Origin: a virus
Taxonomy: Duplodnaviria; Caudoviricetes
Direction: 5' to 3' (one strand)
IMG/VR virus record: IMGVR_UViG_3300011577_000001
Length of the DNA stretch: 64,000 nt
Positions 28,625 through 38,406 of this stretch are shown here, piece by piece. The notes beneath the pieces were generated by a model. It made no database searches and was not told the origin of the DNA. It saw nothing but the letters and a program-made list of their open reading frames with translations. The position numbers and the translations under genes were made by a program. Each line of letters opens with the position of its first letter. Position 1 is the first letter of the stretch.

Positions 28625-29236
28625 TCAATGTACGGTGTAGTCATGGTTGATGTGTTTGGACACTTGCTTGGTACGTTCACAGATAACCTTCGTTTGTGCA
28701 ACGGAGGCATTCATGAAGTGGAGCACGCGACCGATCATATCGACCGAGACTTCTTCACGGAAGCAACCTTCCATGTTGGCAAACAGTGTAACAAGGTAGT
28801 CGTCGATCACCGAGAACATCCTTAATGGATTAGTCTCGGGGCGAATGTGTTGCAGATACATCGTGATGCGGAACTGGTCATACGCTTCGGCTAAGAAGAA
28901 CCCAGCGAAGAGTAAGCCCATGTGACGAACGAACCCCATAACCCAGGCAGGACCCATCAGGTGCCACGCAAAGTTAAAACCGTGCAGGACTTGAAGACGC
29001 AGGGTCTGATCGTTCAGTTCATGACCCACCCAAGAGAAGTGGTAGGCGCTGTCTGGTATCGCATAACGAGTAGACAACATGTATCGCAAATACGGCTGTT
29101 CCAACAACTGAATCATCAGGTGTCGTAAATCAGGAGGGCACCGAGGGTCGGAGAAGAACGCGTCGGGTGCCAAGTTGAAAAGCTGTTCAGCACGATGTTT
29201 GGGCATCTCACCGAAGATTACTGCCGATTGTTCCAT
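28625..29236 (-). CDS. Hypothetical protein
   Basis: ATG 29236 preceded by GAGGAG. Confidence 0.65.
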   Translation of the reverse strand: MEQSAVIFGEMPKHRAEQLFNLAPDAFFSDPRCPPDLRHLMIQLLEQPYLRYMLSTRYAIPDSAYHFSWVGHELNDQTLRLQVLHGFNFAWHLMGPAWVMGFVRHMGLLFAGFFLAEAYDQFRITMYLQHIRPETNPLRMFSVIDDYLVTLFANMEGCFREEVSVDMIGRVLHFMNASVAQTKVICERTKQVSKHINHDYTVH

Positions 29237-29293
29237 ACTCCTCACCTTTCTAAAGGCTGGCATAAAACGTAGGGGTCCGTAGACCCCCACAAT

Positions 29294-30871
29294 TTAAATC
29301 ACGTAATCGGTTGTGTACAACTTGTGACTGACCACTCGACCACGGAAAGTTTCCACCTTGCGGTCGTGATACTCGATATGCTTTTCAATGTCGCTACACA
29401 CCAAGTAGAAGAAGATCGGTACAGCATCGGGCCAGATCTTCAAGATCGTATCCCGTAGGCGCCCCATCGCTTGCAGGTTTGCCTGACTGGAACCCAATCC
29501 ATCCGTCATGTACACATGGAGCAGCTTTGGAATGTCCTGGGCCGTACCAAGTGATTTCAGGGTGGAGATAATGATGTCCGACTCTAACATCTCGTCGAAA
29601 TCATCTTCTGCTGTATACCGCATGACCTTCAAGTCAGGGTGACGTGGACGCAGGTAATCTGCCATCAACGTACACATTTCCACCGTGGCGAAGTACATCA
29701 AGCATTTCTGCCCTTCCTTCATTACACGGCGGTAGTTCTGCTGGATGATGTCAGCGTTCATCTCCAGATAAGCTTTCAACGACTCTTTATTCTTCGGGTC
29801 CATCAGGGCCTGTTCGAAGATGATGTGCGAATAGGACTTACGGGCCCTATTGATCCATTTGAGTCGTGTTGGCTGTTTCAACCGATACGCAAGCGCTTCC
29901 ACTGTGGTGTAGATCACCCGCTCGCCGTTGTCAATCCGTTCCCGTTTCGGGAACATGATCTCCTTACGACGGTTCAGGAAATCGTCATCACCTTCCAGCG
30001 TACCGGACAGTGAGAGCGCTTTCTGACAGTGCATGTACAGGTCTTGGCGATAGTTGAGGTGGAAGTCCTGGTGAACCTCGTCAATCAACCGGAAGCCAAT
30101 CCCAAGGGTTTGATAGAAGTTAGGTGGAGTGCACCCGTACCCGATGTCTAACAGACCATCTTTAAACTTCTCATAATCCTTCAGGTAGTTGTAGAACGTC
30201 GTGTTGGAGCAGATGATGATCTTCGCATCCAACGCATTCGCCACAGCCAGGTTCGTCGCAAGCGCAAGCTGCTTGGAACCTTGGATCACCATCAGGTCAC
30301 CCTTCTTTAACTTAAACGCAGCCTCAATGTCACCGATCCACTTCTTGATGTACATGGCTTTGATGCAGATAAACACCCGCTTGCCATAACTCGCGATAGC
30401 AGTCAATGCCATAAAGGTTTTACCACGACCGGGATCGACCGTGATGATTTTTGTGACACCGTCTTGTCCGACGTACTCAATCTTGGGGATCTGGTCGTCT
30501 CGGGGAGTACGTTTGTCGATAACATCGAACGACGCTGGGAAGCCGTAGTTCTCGACTAAGTACTCGTACTGGATGTTCTGGTCGTTAAACCCGTACATCT
30601 TCAGGTGTCGCTTAAGGTCGTCTAACTCATTCCGGTGGAAGTGAAAGAATGACCTGTCATGTGCTACCCCTACAAAGACGCGCAGCATGGCACGTTTGAA
30701 TTGCCCATTGGGCATTCGCTCCATGCCGTACTGCGCTAAGCCCCTACAGAACTCCAGCAGGGCAAACTTCACCCGGTGATCGAAATCGGTCACACGGACG
30801 TGATGACTCGCCACAATGATGCGCAAGTCCGGCTTTGCAATGGTAGGTGGGATCGGGGTTAAACTCGACAC
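29294..30871 (-). CDS. SF2 DEAD/H helicase (phiKZ gp75-like)
   Basis: DPGRGKT, DEVH, SGT, QAMGRLR. Confidence 0.9.
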   Translation of the reverse strand: MSSLTPIPPTIAKPDLRIIVASHHVRVTDFDHRVKFALLEFCRGLAQYGMERMPNGQFKRAMLRVFVGVAHDRSFFHFHRNELDDLKRHLKMYGFNDQNIQYEYLVENYGFPASFDVIDKRTPRDDQIPKIEYVGQDGVTKIITVDPGRGKTFMALTAIASYGKRVFICIKAMYIKKWIGDIEAAFKLKKGDLMVIQGSKQLALATNLAVANALDAKIIICSNTTFYNYLKDYEKFKDGLLDIGYGCTPPNFYQTLGIGFRLIDEVHQDFHLNYRQDLYMHCQKALSLSGTLEGDDDFLNRRKEIMFPKRERIDNGERVIYTTVEALAYRLKQPTRLKWINRARKSYSHIIFEQALMDPKNKESLKAYLEMNADIIQQNYRRVMKEGQKCLMYFATVEMCTLMADYLRPRHPDLKVMRYTAEDDFDEMLESDIIISTLKSLGTAQDIPKLLHVYMTDGLGSSQANLQAMGRLRDTILKIWPDAVPIFFYLVCSDIEKHIEYHDRKVETFRGRVVSHKLYTTDYVI

Positions 30872-30887
30872 TTCCTACCTCCAACAC

Positions 30888-32855
30888 TTACTGTCTAGTC
30901 AAGTCCCCCATCATCAGAGGGTCCAGTGGGTGGTCTGGTCGGTTCTTCAAAATGAAGGTACGGATGTCTTGGAGCGTAGCCCCTTGACGCTCGTACGCCA
31001 TGGACGCAGTCAGGCTGCGGTGATCCATGTTATCCTCGTAGTACCCAATTTCACCGTTCTCACGGTCTAGTGGTAAGCGGTGGTCCCGTTTCTCCACGCT
31101 CTCCACCATGGTGGACAGAATGATCACCTCAAGGTGTTGGATGTTCACATTCAGCTTCGAGCTGATCAGCCCGTAGAACGCAAACAGTGCTTCCTCGGTG
31201 TTCGAGTAGGCATTCGAGGTCTGGTAGCGCGAACGCTTCCCACGCGGTTTGCCTTTCCGGGTCGGGGCCGCTTTGATGAACTTCTCGATCTCGCCCATGT
31301 ATTCCACCATGTTGGTGTGTTTCATGGGGAGCTTGAACATTACATCGTTGTAGTCCCAGTTGGTCAGGTCGATGACATAGTCACCGCGCGAGGTCAGATC
31401 CCATCCGTTACGCTTGATGTAGATCAACGCTTCTTCAGTCAGGTACGACAGACGCGAACCCATCGAGACCGACAGGTTGACTTTGTCCGCCGTTTCCTCG
31501 GGTCCAGGGATTTCCAGGGTGATGTCGACGATTTCCGACAGCCGTTCCAACGGTAGCGCCCGTACAGTCCGTACCCGGTTAAGGTCCGGCAGTCGTGGTG
31601 CGTAATCCGCAGGGATAACCATCTTGATCGGTTGACCAGCGAACTCAGCATTGAGCTTGACTTCGTTGCCCATTGTACCCAGTCGCAGATACGCCTGATC
31701 GTGTTCGTTGATGTAGAAGTCATCGACCACAGAGCTACCATCCAGGTGTTTGGTAGACAGAACGCTTTGCGACACCAGCTCACATAAGGTTGTGGCAGAG
31801 ACGTGACCCAATACAGTACCGGGCGGAATCGAGAATGCCAGCTCACCCATGCAGGTAGAACACACACCGTAACGGTCGGGGTGCTTACATTTCAGTACGG
31901 TCCGTACTTCAATTTCAGTCCCGATCAGGTGACGCTGGTGTTTCAGGATCGGGAACAGACCCTCAGGGGTCACCCGATACTTACCTTCCAGAGCCTGGAA
32001 GTTCCCAGCAGTCACCTTCCAACGCATGGTCCCGGTGGAACCACAGTCGCCGTAGTGTACCCGTTGAAGCGTACCGCAACCGAGTTGGAGCTGTCGGTTG
32101 AAGTATTCGGAATCCGCCACCGGGTCTTTTGCAGCTTCCAACGCTTTGGATGCCGATCGAGATTCGATCAACGCGTCGTACAGGCTGATCAGACCTTGGG
32201 TGTAGTTCCGCATCACCGGATCGTGGAAGATCCGGGAGTCTACGTCAGTCAGGAAGCCCCGCAGAGAAACCACCTGCAACGTCTGACCGATGCTCACCAG
32301 CTTAGACTTCACAGCCTTAGCAATTGGGTTGCCGATCAGTTCGTTGGGGTCTTTCAACACCGCCGTCACAGCACGATAAGTTTCATCGATACTCTGTTGG
32401 GTCGGTTTCGCATTGGCGTTGGCCGCTGCGATCTTCGGATGCCGGATCACTTGGATGAAGTCAGTAATGCAGATACTGGCTACATGTTTCTCCTGCATCG
32501 TCACGGTGTTGTTGTAGATCACCTGCTGCGTGTCGTAGATTGCTCGCGACCACTCTTCGTTGTCGTAGCTGATCCCGTTCGCGTTGCAGTAGTCCACTGC
32601 CAAGGAGCGCCCCACGGCCATGAGGTCGTTGAACGTTTCCTTGGTCAGACGGTCATTCCCCATGTGCGACTTCTTGAGATGGGGGATCTGCGGGTAACGG
32701 CGGTTGAACAAGGCGCAATACCACACGTAGATCGTGGACTCACGCTCAACCAGAAGGTCACCATCGTCGTATTCGATGATGAACTTGTCGTCCGGGAAGG
32801 TCCAGACATCTTCTTCACTCTGCTGGTAAATCTCGCGTGCAGGGTAACGATTCAT
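30888..32855 (-). CDS. Non-virion RNAP beta' C-terminal subunit (phiKZ gp74-like)
   Basis: YFNRQL bridge helix, GDCGS, C..GVCSTCMG, SQSVLSTKH trigger loop; SD TAAGGAGG. Confidence 0.9.
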   Translation of the reverse strand: MNRYPAREIYQQSEEDVWTFPDDKFIIEYDDGDLLVERESTIYVWYCALFNRRYPQIPHLKKSHMGNDRLTKETFNDLMAVGRSLAVDYCNANGISYDNEEWSRAIYDTQQVIYNNTVTMQEKHVASICITDFIQVIRHPKIAAANANAKPTQQSIDETYRAVTAVLKDPNELIGNPIAKAVKSKLVSIGQTLQVVSLRGFLTDVDSRIFHDPVMRNYTQGLISLYDALIESRSASKALEAAKDPVADSEYFNRQLQLGCGTLQRVHYGDCGSTGTMRWKVTAGNFQALEGKYRVTPEGLFPILKHQRHLIGTEIEVRTVLKCKHPDRYGVCSTCMGELAFSIPPGTVLGHVSATTLCELVSQSVLSTKHLDGSSVVDDFYINEHDQAYLRLGTMGNEVKLNAEFAGQPIKMVIPADYAPRLPDLNRVRTVRALPLERLSEIVDITLEIPGPEETADKVNLSVSMGSRLSYLTEEALIYIKRNGWDLTSRGDYVIDLTNWDYNDVMFKLPMKHTNMVEYMGEIEKFIKAAPTRKGKPRGKRSRYQTSNAYSNTEEALFAFYGLISSKLNVNIQHLEVIILSTMVESVEKRDHRLPLDRENGEIGYYEDNMDHRSLTASMAYERQGATLQDIRTFILKNRPDHPLDPLMMGDLTRQ

Positions 32856-32865
32856 ACTGGCCTCC

Positions 32866-35043
32866 TTAGGACTCTTCTTTCTTATAGACGAAGCGCATGC
32901 CCGCACATTCAAGGATGTGGTTCACGAACACGTTGTTTCGACCATTACCCACCGGGAACTCTTTCCGGTCGATAACTTCCTTGATATCGGTAGGTTTCTC
33001 AGCTCGCATGATGTTTGCCAAGATTTCCTTACCGACGGTCGGGTTGTTGGACTGATCGATGATATCCGCCCACACTTCGCCACCACAGGTCGCCGCACCC
33101 AGACGCACTTCCGCCTCACCAGTCATCCGTACAGGCTGCGCAGCCCCTGGGTAACTGTTCTTGTCAGACTTGGTGATCTTGGCTGGGATACCGTGGTGTT
33201 GCAGTTTCGCTGCCGAAACGCCCGACCAATCGCCACCGGTTTTCTCCAGGACGATGATGTAGGCGCTACCGATCAATACAGGCTCGACGGTAGTGATTTC
33301 CTTGCCGAGGTAACCGATGAACTTAACCGGACCGTATACTGGCGGGAACTCCGCCTGCAACTGTTCGATCATGGTCGGGTAATCGACTGGGTTGTTGTTC
33401 GGCATCCACAGGTAGATCCCGTCCCGTAGAACGGAGAGCACGTGTGGTTCACCGGCGTTCGGATAGTCCGGCTCCATCATCATCTGCACCATCCACGGCG
33501 AGCAGATCTGATAGAAGCGCAGCAACGAACTGTACGCCAGTTGTACTTTCTCTGGGTCCAACCGCACACCAGGTTGTGGTGTTGTGAAGCGCAGCAACGA
33601 TTTAACCTCCTTAGGGACGTCGCTACCATCGCGATTGAAACCGAACAGCTCACGCAGGTTCTTGGTCAGACGGTCTGCCGAGGCGTTGATATACGGCTCG
33701 TACATGCAACCCAGGTTCATCCGCTTGATAACGGAGTAGGGCTCCATGATGATGTCAGCCCGGTTACCCTCAGCATCGACAGGCATCCGGTGGGCTGGCC
33801 ACACTTGGCAGATTACGCCTTTGTTACCGTGACCACCAGAAAGCTTGGCACCATCGGTTGGATGGGTGTCGAACTCAATGGTGATTTCCACCCGCCAATC
33901 GTCAAGCGGTTGCCGTCGATAGGTTTTACTCGCTTGTTGCCCTTGCGAGTTGGGTTTGTTCACATAGCCCAGCGCCTGGAAGATCAGCTCGTGGAACTCA
34001 GGAGTCAACGACAGGTTAGCGCCGTGAGACTTCTTGAGCTTGTAGTACACGTCCAGGATTTTCTGGGAGAACTTCAGGTTCGCCTGATAATACTTGTTCA
34101 TCTGGCGTTCCATACCCACAGGCGTCGGAGGATTCCGGTTGGTATCCTCGTGATACACCTGTACGTCAATGACGCGCGCACCCGGTTGAACATAGGTGAG
34201 TTTGTCGTAGACGTAGTCGACTTCTTGCAGAGCACCCACAGACATCTCTACGGGAGCCAGCAATGGATCGTACGGGCGAGTGGCAAACAGCAGGCCGTCT
34301 GGACGAACGTAGTCGCCAATGTCCGGGAACGGCTTGTACTGACCGGGGTTTTCCTTGTCGTGATACAGATTCAGGAACATGTGTTTCGAACCTGCCGACT
34401 CGGTGTACTTCTTGAAGCCTTTTGCAACGAGGTGAGGGCAGACGTCGTCAGCCACAATCACGCCGTCCTCGATAACCCCCGGCAACGACATGTACGCCAC
34501 CTTGAGTTCACGACCCAAGTTGTAGTTACCGTCTTTGTCATGGTTCGAGGAACGTGCCACCACGGAACCAGCAGGAATGCTAGCACCGGCATAAAGCTTG
34601 GAGGTCACGTCTTTGTTGAACTGGTACTTGAAACCAAAGTACTGGTGTTTGCAGTTAAACCGGGGGACCACCAAGACCCCAATTTCTAGTGTCTCCGCAT
34701 CTTCGTAGATGTAAACAGTTTCAGGGTTTTCAGCAATGGTGTCCACACCAATGGAAAACGGATAGCGTTCGATCTCTGCAATGATGTTCACATTGCGGTC
34801 AAACCTTTTCTCAAAGGTGAAACGACCGAACTCTCGTTCTGTGCCGGTTTGTTGCCGACGGGGTGTTGCTCCCTTAATTACCAGTGCTTGACCGTACTGC
34901 GAGTTGACCATCTGCACACGAGACGAACTGTTGGCGCGCAGGTGAGTAATGATACTACCTTGGCCAGTGATCTCTGGAAACAGTTGGTAATCTGTCGCCA
35001 TCGGGTCCGCGTTCGAATAGTGCGGAATGGGTGTATCGTCCAT
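32866..35043 (-). CDS. Non-virion RNAP beta C-terminal subunit (phiKZ gp71-73-like), uninterrupted
   Basis: NSSSRVQM, IEDGVI, GAKLSGGHGNKGVI, RMNLG, RMTGEAE. Confidence 0.9.
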   Translation of the reverse strand: MDDTPIPHYSNADPMATDYQLFPEITGQGSIITHLRANSSSRVQMVNSQYGQALVIKGATPRRQQTGTEREFGRFTFEKRFDRNVNIIAEIERYPFSIGVDTIAENPETVYIYEDAETLEIGVLVVPRFNCKHQYFGFKYQFNKDVTSKLYAGASIPAGSVVARSSNHDKDGNYNLGRELKVAYMSLPGVIEDGVIVADDVCPHLVAKGFKKYTESAGSKHMFLNLYHDKENPGQYKPFPDIGDYVRPDGLLFATRPYDPLLAPVEMSVGALQEVDYVYDKLTYVQPGARVIDVQVYHEDTNRNPPTPVGMERQMNKYYQANLKFSQKILDVYYKLKKSHGANLSLTPEFHELIFQALGYVNKPNSQGQQASKTYRRQPLDDWRVEITIEFDTHPTDGAKLSGGHGNKGVICQVWPAHRMPVDAEGNRADIIMEPYSVIKRMNLGCMYEPYINASADRLTKNLRELFGFNRDGSDVPKEVKSLLRFTTPQPGVRLDPEKVQLAYSSLLRFYQICSPWMVQMMMEPDYPNAGEPHVLSVLRDGIYLWMPNNNPVDYPTMIEQLQAEFPPVYGPVKFIGYLGKEITTVEPVLIGSAYIIVLEKTGGDWSGVSAAKLQHHGIPAKITKSDKNSYPGAAQPVRMTGEAEVRLGAATCGGEVWADIIDQSNNPTVGKEILANIMRAEKPTDIKEVIDRKEFPVGNGRNNVFVNHILECAGMRFVYKKEES

Positions 35044-35154
35044 AAAACGCTCCTGACAGAGGGAGTTTTGTTACCATTGAAACAGGCGCACGAAGCCTAT
35101 GTCCCAATAATAGTATAGGTTTCAAATGATTTTTGTTGGATGTGAGGTTTTACT

Positions 35155-35499
35155 ATGGCCATGCCAATTGCCCAGAAAATGATTGACCCTGGAGCGCAGG
35201 TCTATTACGACCCCGCATTCAGGCGCGTGCTCGAAACACATCTAGGTCTACTGCGTAACATGCAGGACACCAAGCCAGTTGAAATCAGTAACGACCTTGC
35301 GTACAAGTACGAATACGATTTCTACGGGTTGCTCCAGGCTAAAAACGTCCCGGAGTATTTACACTGGGTAGTCATGCGGGTTAATGACATGACCGATCCA
35401 CGGGAATACCTGAGTACCATGAACCAGTTCCTCTATCCACCGATTGAAGTCATTGAGAACATCCGTCGGATTTATGCAACCACTGTCAATAAGCTATAA
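35155..35499 (+). CDS. Small LysM/T4 gp53-like baseplate protein
   Basis: DFYGLL....PEYLHWVVMRVNDMTDP. Confidence 0.55.
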   Translation: MAMPIAQKMIDPGAQVYYDPAFRRVLETHLGLLRNMQDTKPVEISNDLAYKYEYDFYGLLQAKNVPEYLHWVVMRVNDMTDPREYLSTMNQFLYPPIEVIENIRRIYATTVNKL

Positions 35500-35541
35500 A
35501 AAGAAAAGGGAGGGTTTGACCCCTCCCTTTTCTTTATGCCG
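35497..35541. terminator. Bidirectional terminator
   Basis: AAAGAAAAGGGAGGG-TTTGA-CCCTCCCTTTTCTTT. Confidence 0.8.
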
Positions 35542-35546
35542 TCAGG

Positions 35547-36896
35547 TCAGATCCCGTTAGGGAACATGACCTGTTGCTGCTGACCGAAGAGACCCGGAGT
35601 CGGTTGACCACGGAAGCTGTTCTGGTTGTTGAAGAAGCTGTTCGCCTGCGGCTGTGCGTAGCCACCACGAGACACCTGCACAGGTGGGTGGAAGGCTTGC
35701 GGCTGCTGGTTGAACAGACCGGGCTGAGCGAAACGATTCGCCTGCTGGAACGCGGCGTTTTGTTGTTGCAGCGCTGGGGACTTGGCGAGCAGCTCTTTCC
35801 ACGAACCCTGGGCTGGTGCTTGCTCTTGCTGAGCAGTGACCGGTTGCTGGCTGAACGGTGGATCGAACGGAATGTCGCTGTTGCTCTGTTGCGGGAACGG
35901 AGTAGGAGCAGCGGATTCACGCTCAACCACAGCTTGAGCCAGGCGATTCACGTTGGCCTTCGGAGCACCGGTGACACCACCGAGTGCAGCCTTGATGCCT
36001 TCGTGACCGTCACCTACATCACCCTCGTTGCCAGCCAGCGACGGAATCAGGTCGCGGTACTGGGCCAGATCGTCGATGTGATCGGCGAAGGACAGGTCGA
36101 TGTGCAGTTCGTCTGGATTGTCCAGGTGTTTGCGGAACAGGTGAGTAACCTTGTTCAGCTTCTTGGCGATCTTGACGAACGAACTCAGCAGCGCGTGCAG
36201 GTTCGGAGCGGCCAGGCTGTTGCTGCCGAACGAGTAGGCTTCTGCGACGTCCGCATCCGGGAGGATGTAGTTGAACAGCGCGAGGATTGCCTTCTTGTTC
36301 TTGAGCGACCCCATGTTGACTTCGTAGGCTTTGGTGCCTTCGGATTTCAACTGCTCGATCAGTGGGAAGTCCACGACCGCCACACGCTGGTAGCTTTTAC
36401 CTTTGTAGTGACCACCACGCTTGATGAACAGCGACATCAGGCGACGTTCGCCGTCGATCGAGATCACGTCCATCAGGTTGTTGAGCTTCTTGAGGGTGTC
36501 AGCGTTGACCGAACCGATCAGCGACAAGAACTCCGACTGGGTCGGAGACAGCTTCTTGTGGTAGTCGGTATCGACAGCCATACCCATCAGGTCGGTCAGC
36601 AGGCAGGAAGCCACGGTGGTGATACGAGCCATCACCGCCACTTTCAGCTTACGGATCATCGGGGACTCGCCCCGAATGATCGCTTCGGACATGGGGTGGA
36701 ACGCGATGGTGTTCTCCCAGTCCGGGTTCTGGAGTACCGAAGGTGCCGGGAAGACAATGCGCTTCCCGTTACACATGGCCGGGACTTTCTCGCCGCCGAT
36801 TACGTAGCTGACGAGATTGTCGTCGCCGACCACGAAGTTGTTCGCAGCCAGGATGGCGCGATACAGTTCGAGGATGGTCATAGTTTTCCTTCCCAT
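35547..36896 (-). CDS. Conserved nucleus-block protein (phiKZ gp70-like) with Q/P/F-rich disordered tail
   Basis: 449 aa; FHPMSE motif; synteny. Confidence 0.7.
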   Translation of the reverse strand: MGRKTMTILELYRAILAANNFVVGDDNLVSYVIGGEKVPAMCNGKRIVFPAPSVLQNPDWENTIAFHPMSEAIIRGESPMIRKLKVAVMARITTVASCLLTDLMGMAVDTDYHKKLSPTQSEFLSLIGSVNADTLKKLNNLMDVISIDGERRLMSLFIKRGGHYKGKSYQRVAVVDFPLIEQLKSEGTKAYEVNMGSLKNKKAILALFNYILPDADVAEAYSFGSNSLAAPNLHALLSSFVKIAKKLNKVTHLFRKHLDNPDELHIDLSFADHIDDLAQYRDLIPSLAGNEGDVGDGHEGIKAALGGVTGAPKANVNRLAQAVVERESAAPTPFPQQSNSDIPFDPPFSQQPVTAQQEQAPAQGSWKELLAKSPALQQQNAAFQQANRFAQPGLFNQQPQAFHPPVQVSRGGYAQPQANSFFNNQNSFRGQPTPGLFGQQQQVMFPNGI

Positions 36897-38371
36897 GGGT
36901 TATGTTGATGACCCGACATCGGATCGTTGAATTGCGGCTGCTGGACAGGCACCTGAACATTGTAGTTCTGTGGAGTCTGCGGCGCGTGGTGTTGAATGTC
37001 CAGGTTGCGGGCGATCGTTTCGAAATCGCTCACCAGACCGAACACGTGCTCTTTGTTGTACGACAGGACCGGAGCGAACAGGGCCGAGGCACAGGTCGGT
37101 GCGCAGTAGTCCTGAGCAGGACCGCCTTGCATGCTGACTTTTACCCAAGTTTCGCCGTGCATGTCCACCATACCAGTCAAGCTGAACTTGATCTGGCTGT
37201 TGTGAGACAGGCCGCGCAGCACCGAGCCGATCAAGCGTTGCTTGAACATTTCGATGTAGCGAGTCATGTCGAACGCTGCGAAGGCGTGGTAGTCTTTGAC
37301 GTCCACGATGTACTCACCGCCGAAGGTGTCGTTAGTAGCTACGAACACCACGCCAGTCAGGAACAGATCCGACATCAGAGCCGGTACCTGAGTGGCTACA
37401 GCGATTGCTGCCAGGGTTTCCCCGTTGGCCGCGTTCCAGTTCGCAGTCGAACCACGGTTGTGCAGCGCATGAGCAAACTGCGACTGACCGCCTGCTACCG
37501 CCGTGACGTTGTCCAGACCCGGAGAGATGCTGCACAGCGCACCGTAAGTGATGCTGCCATCCTCGTTGAAGTTCAGCGTCTTACAGATCGCATGGAACAG
37601 CGGGTCTTCGGTAATCACGCCTTCTGCCACGTTACCGATGGCGTACTGCATGGCGTCTGGCATGGTGGACTGCCCACCCATACCGTTGACCACCGAGTCA
37701 CGGAAGTTCGACATCACCGAAGCCGCGTAGTGGTTCGGGATCTCGTTCACCAGCTTCGACTTCTTCGGCAACTGGTCAGCAAAGACCAAGCGACCGTCAG
37801 CGTAGTGAGCGCCGCCAGTTTGCGACGAGACTTCCAGTACCGAGAAGATGTCTTCTGGACGGATAGCCATTGCCACGTTTTCTTGGCTGGCGTTGAAGCT
37901 TGGGTTGTACGCACCGAACAACAGGTGGCTGGAATCGATGACGTTGGTACGCTCACCCAGGTGCTGGATGGTGACCGACTTGTCGAAGTACAGCTTGAGG
38001 TTCGGATCGATCACGGTGTTCTGGCTGTCCACACGGTGGTAGCCAGGGTAGTCGGTGTAGCCCGACACGTAGGTGATCAGGTTAGCGCCCATGGCGCGGG
38101 AATGTACTTCCATCATGAAACGCAGGCGCTGCTCACCAAACCCGTTGGCGATTTGTACTTGCGTATAGATGTCAGCACTCGGCTTGAGCATCATGCCACC
38201 CAGACCGGACAACGTACCTGCGTTGATCTGACGTCCGTTACGGGTGCTCTCCTGCAACATCGACAGCACTTGGCTGTCCACGTTGTCGCCCATGTAGTAC
38301 GGACGCAGGTACTGGTCGTTGTACGTGCCGGTCGGCGTGAACAACAACTTAGCGATTTGGAAATTGGACAT
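36878..38371 (-). CDS. picA: Nuclear protein import factor PicA/Imp1 (phiKZ gp69-like)
   Basis: 497 aa; TGTYNDQYLRPY, IANGF..R.RFM, GYTD, IRPEDIF; position between gp68- and gp70-like genes. Confidence 0.75.
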   Translation of the reverse strand: MSNFQIAKLLFTPTGTYNDQYLRPYYMGDNVDSQVLSMLQESTRNGRQINAGTLSGLGGMMLKPSADIYTQVQIANGFGEQRLRFMMEVHSRAMGANLITYVSGYTDYPGYHRVDSQNTVIDPNLKLYFDKSVTIQHLGERTNVIDSSHLLFGAYNPSFNASQENVAMAIRPEDIFSVLEVSSQTGGAHYADGRLVFADQLPKKSKLVNEIPNHYAASVMSNFRDSVVNGMGGQSTMPDAMQYAIGNVAEGVITEDPLFHAICKTLNFNEDGSITYGALCSISPGLDNVTAVAGGQSQFAHALHNRGSTANWNAANGETLAAIAVATQVPALMSDLFLTGVVFVATNDTFGGEYIVDVKDYHAFAAFDMTRYIEMFKQRLIGSVLRGLSHNSQIKFSLTGMVDMHGETWVKVSMQGGPAQDYCAPTCASALFAPVLSYNKEHVFGLVSDFETIARNLDIQHHAPQTPQNYNVQVPVQQPQFNDPMSGHQHNPWEGKL

Positions 38372-38406
38372 CTTCGTATTTGACCTTCTGAGTCAGTGAG
38401 TTTAGA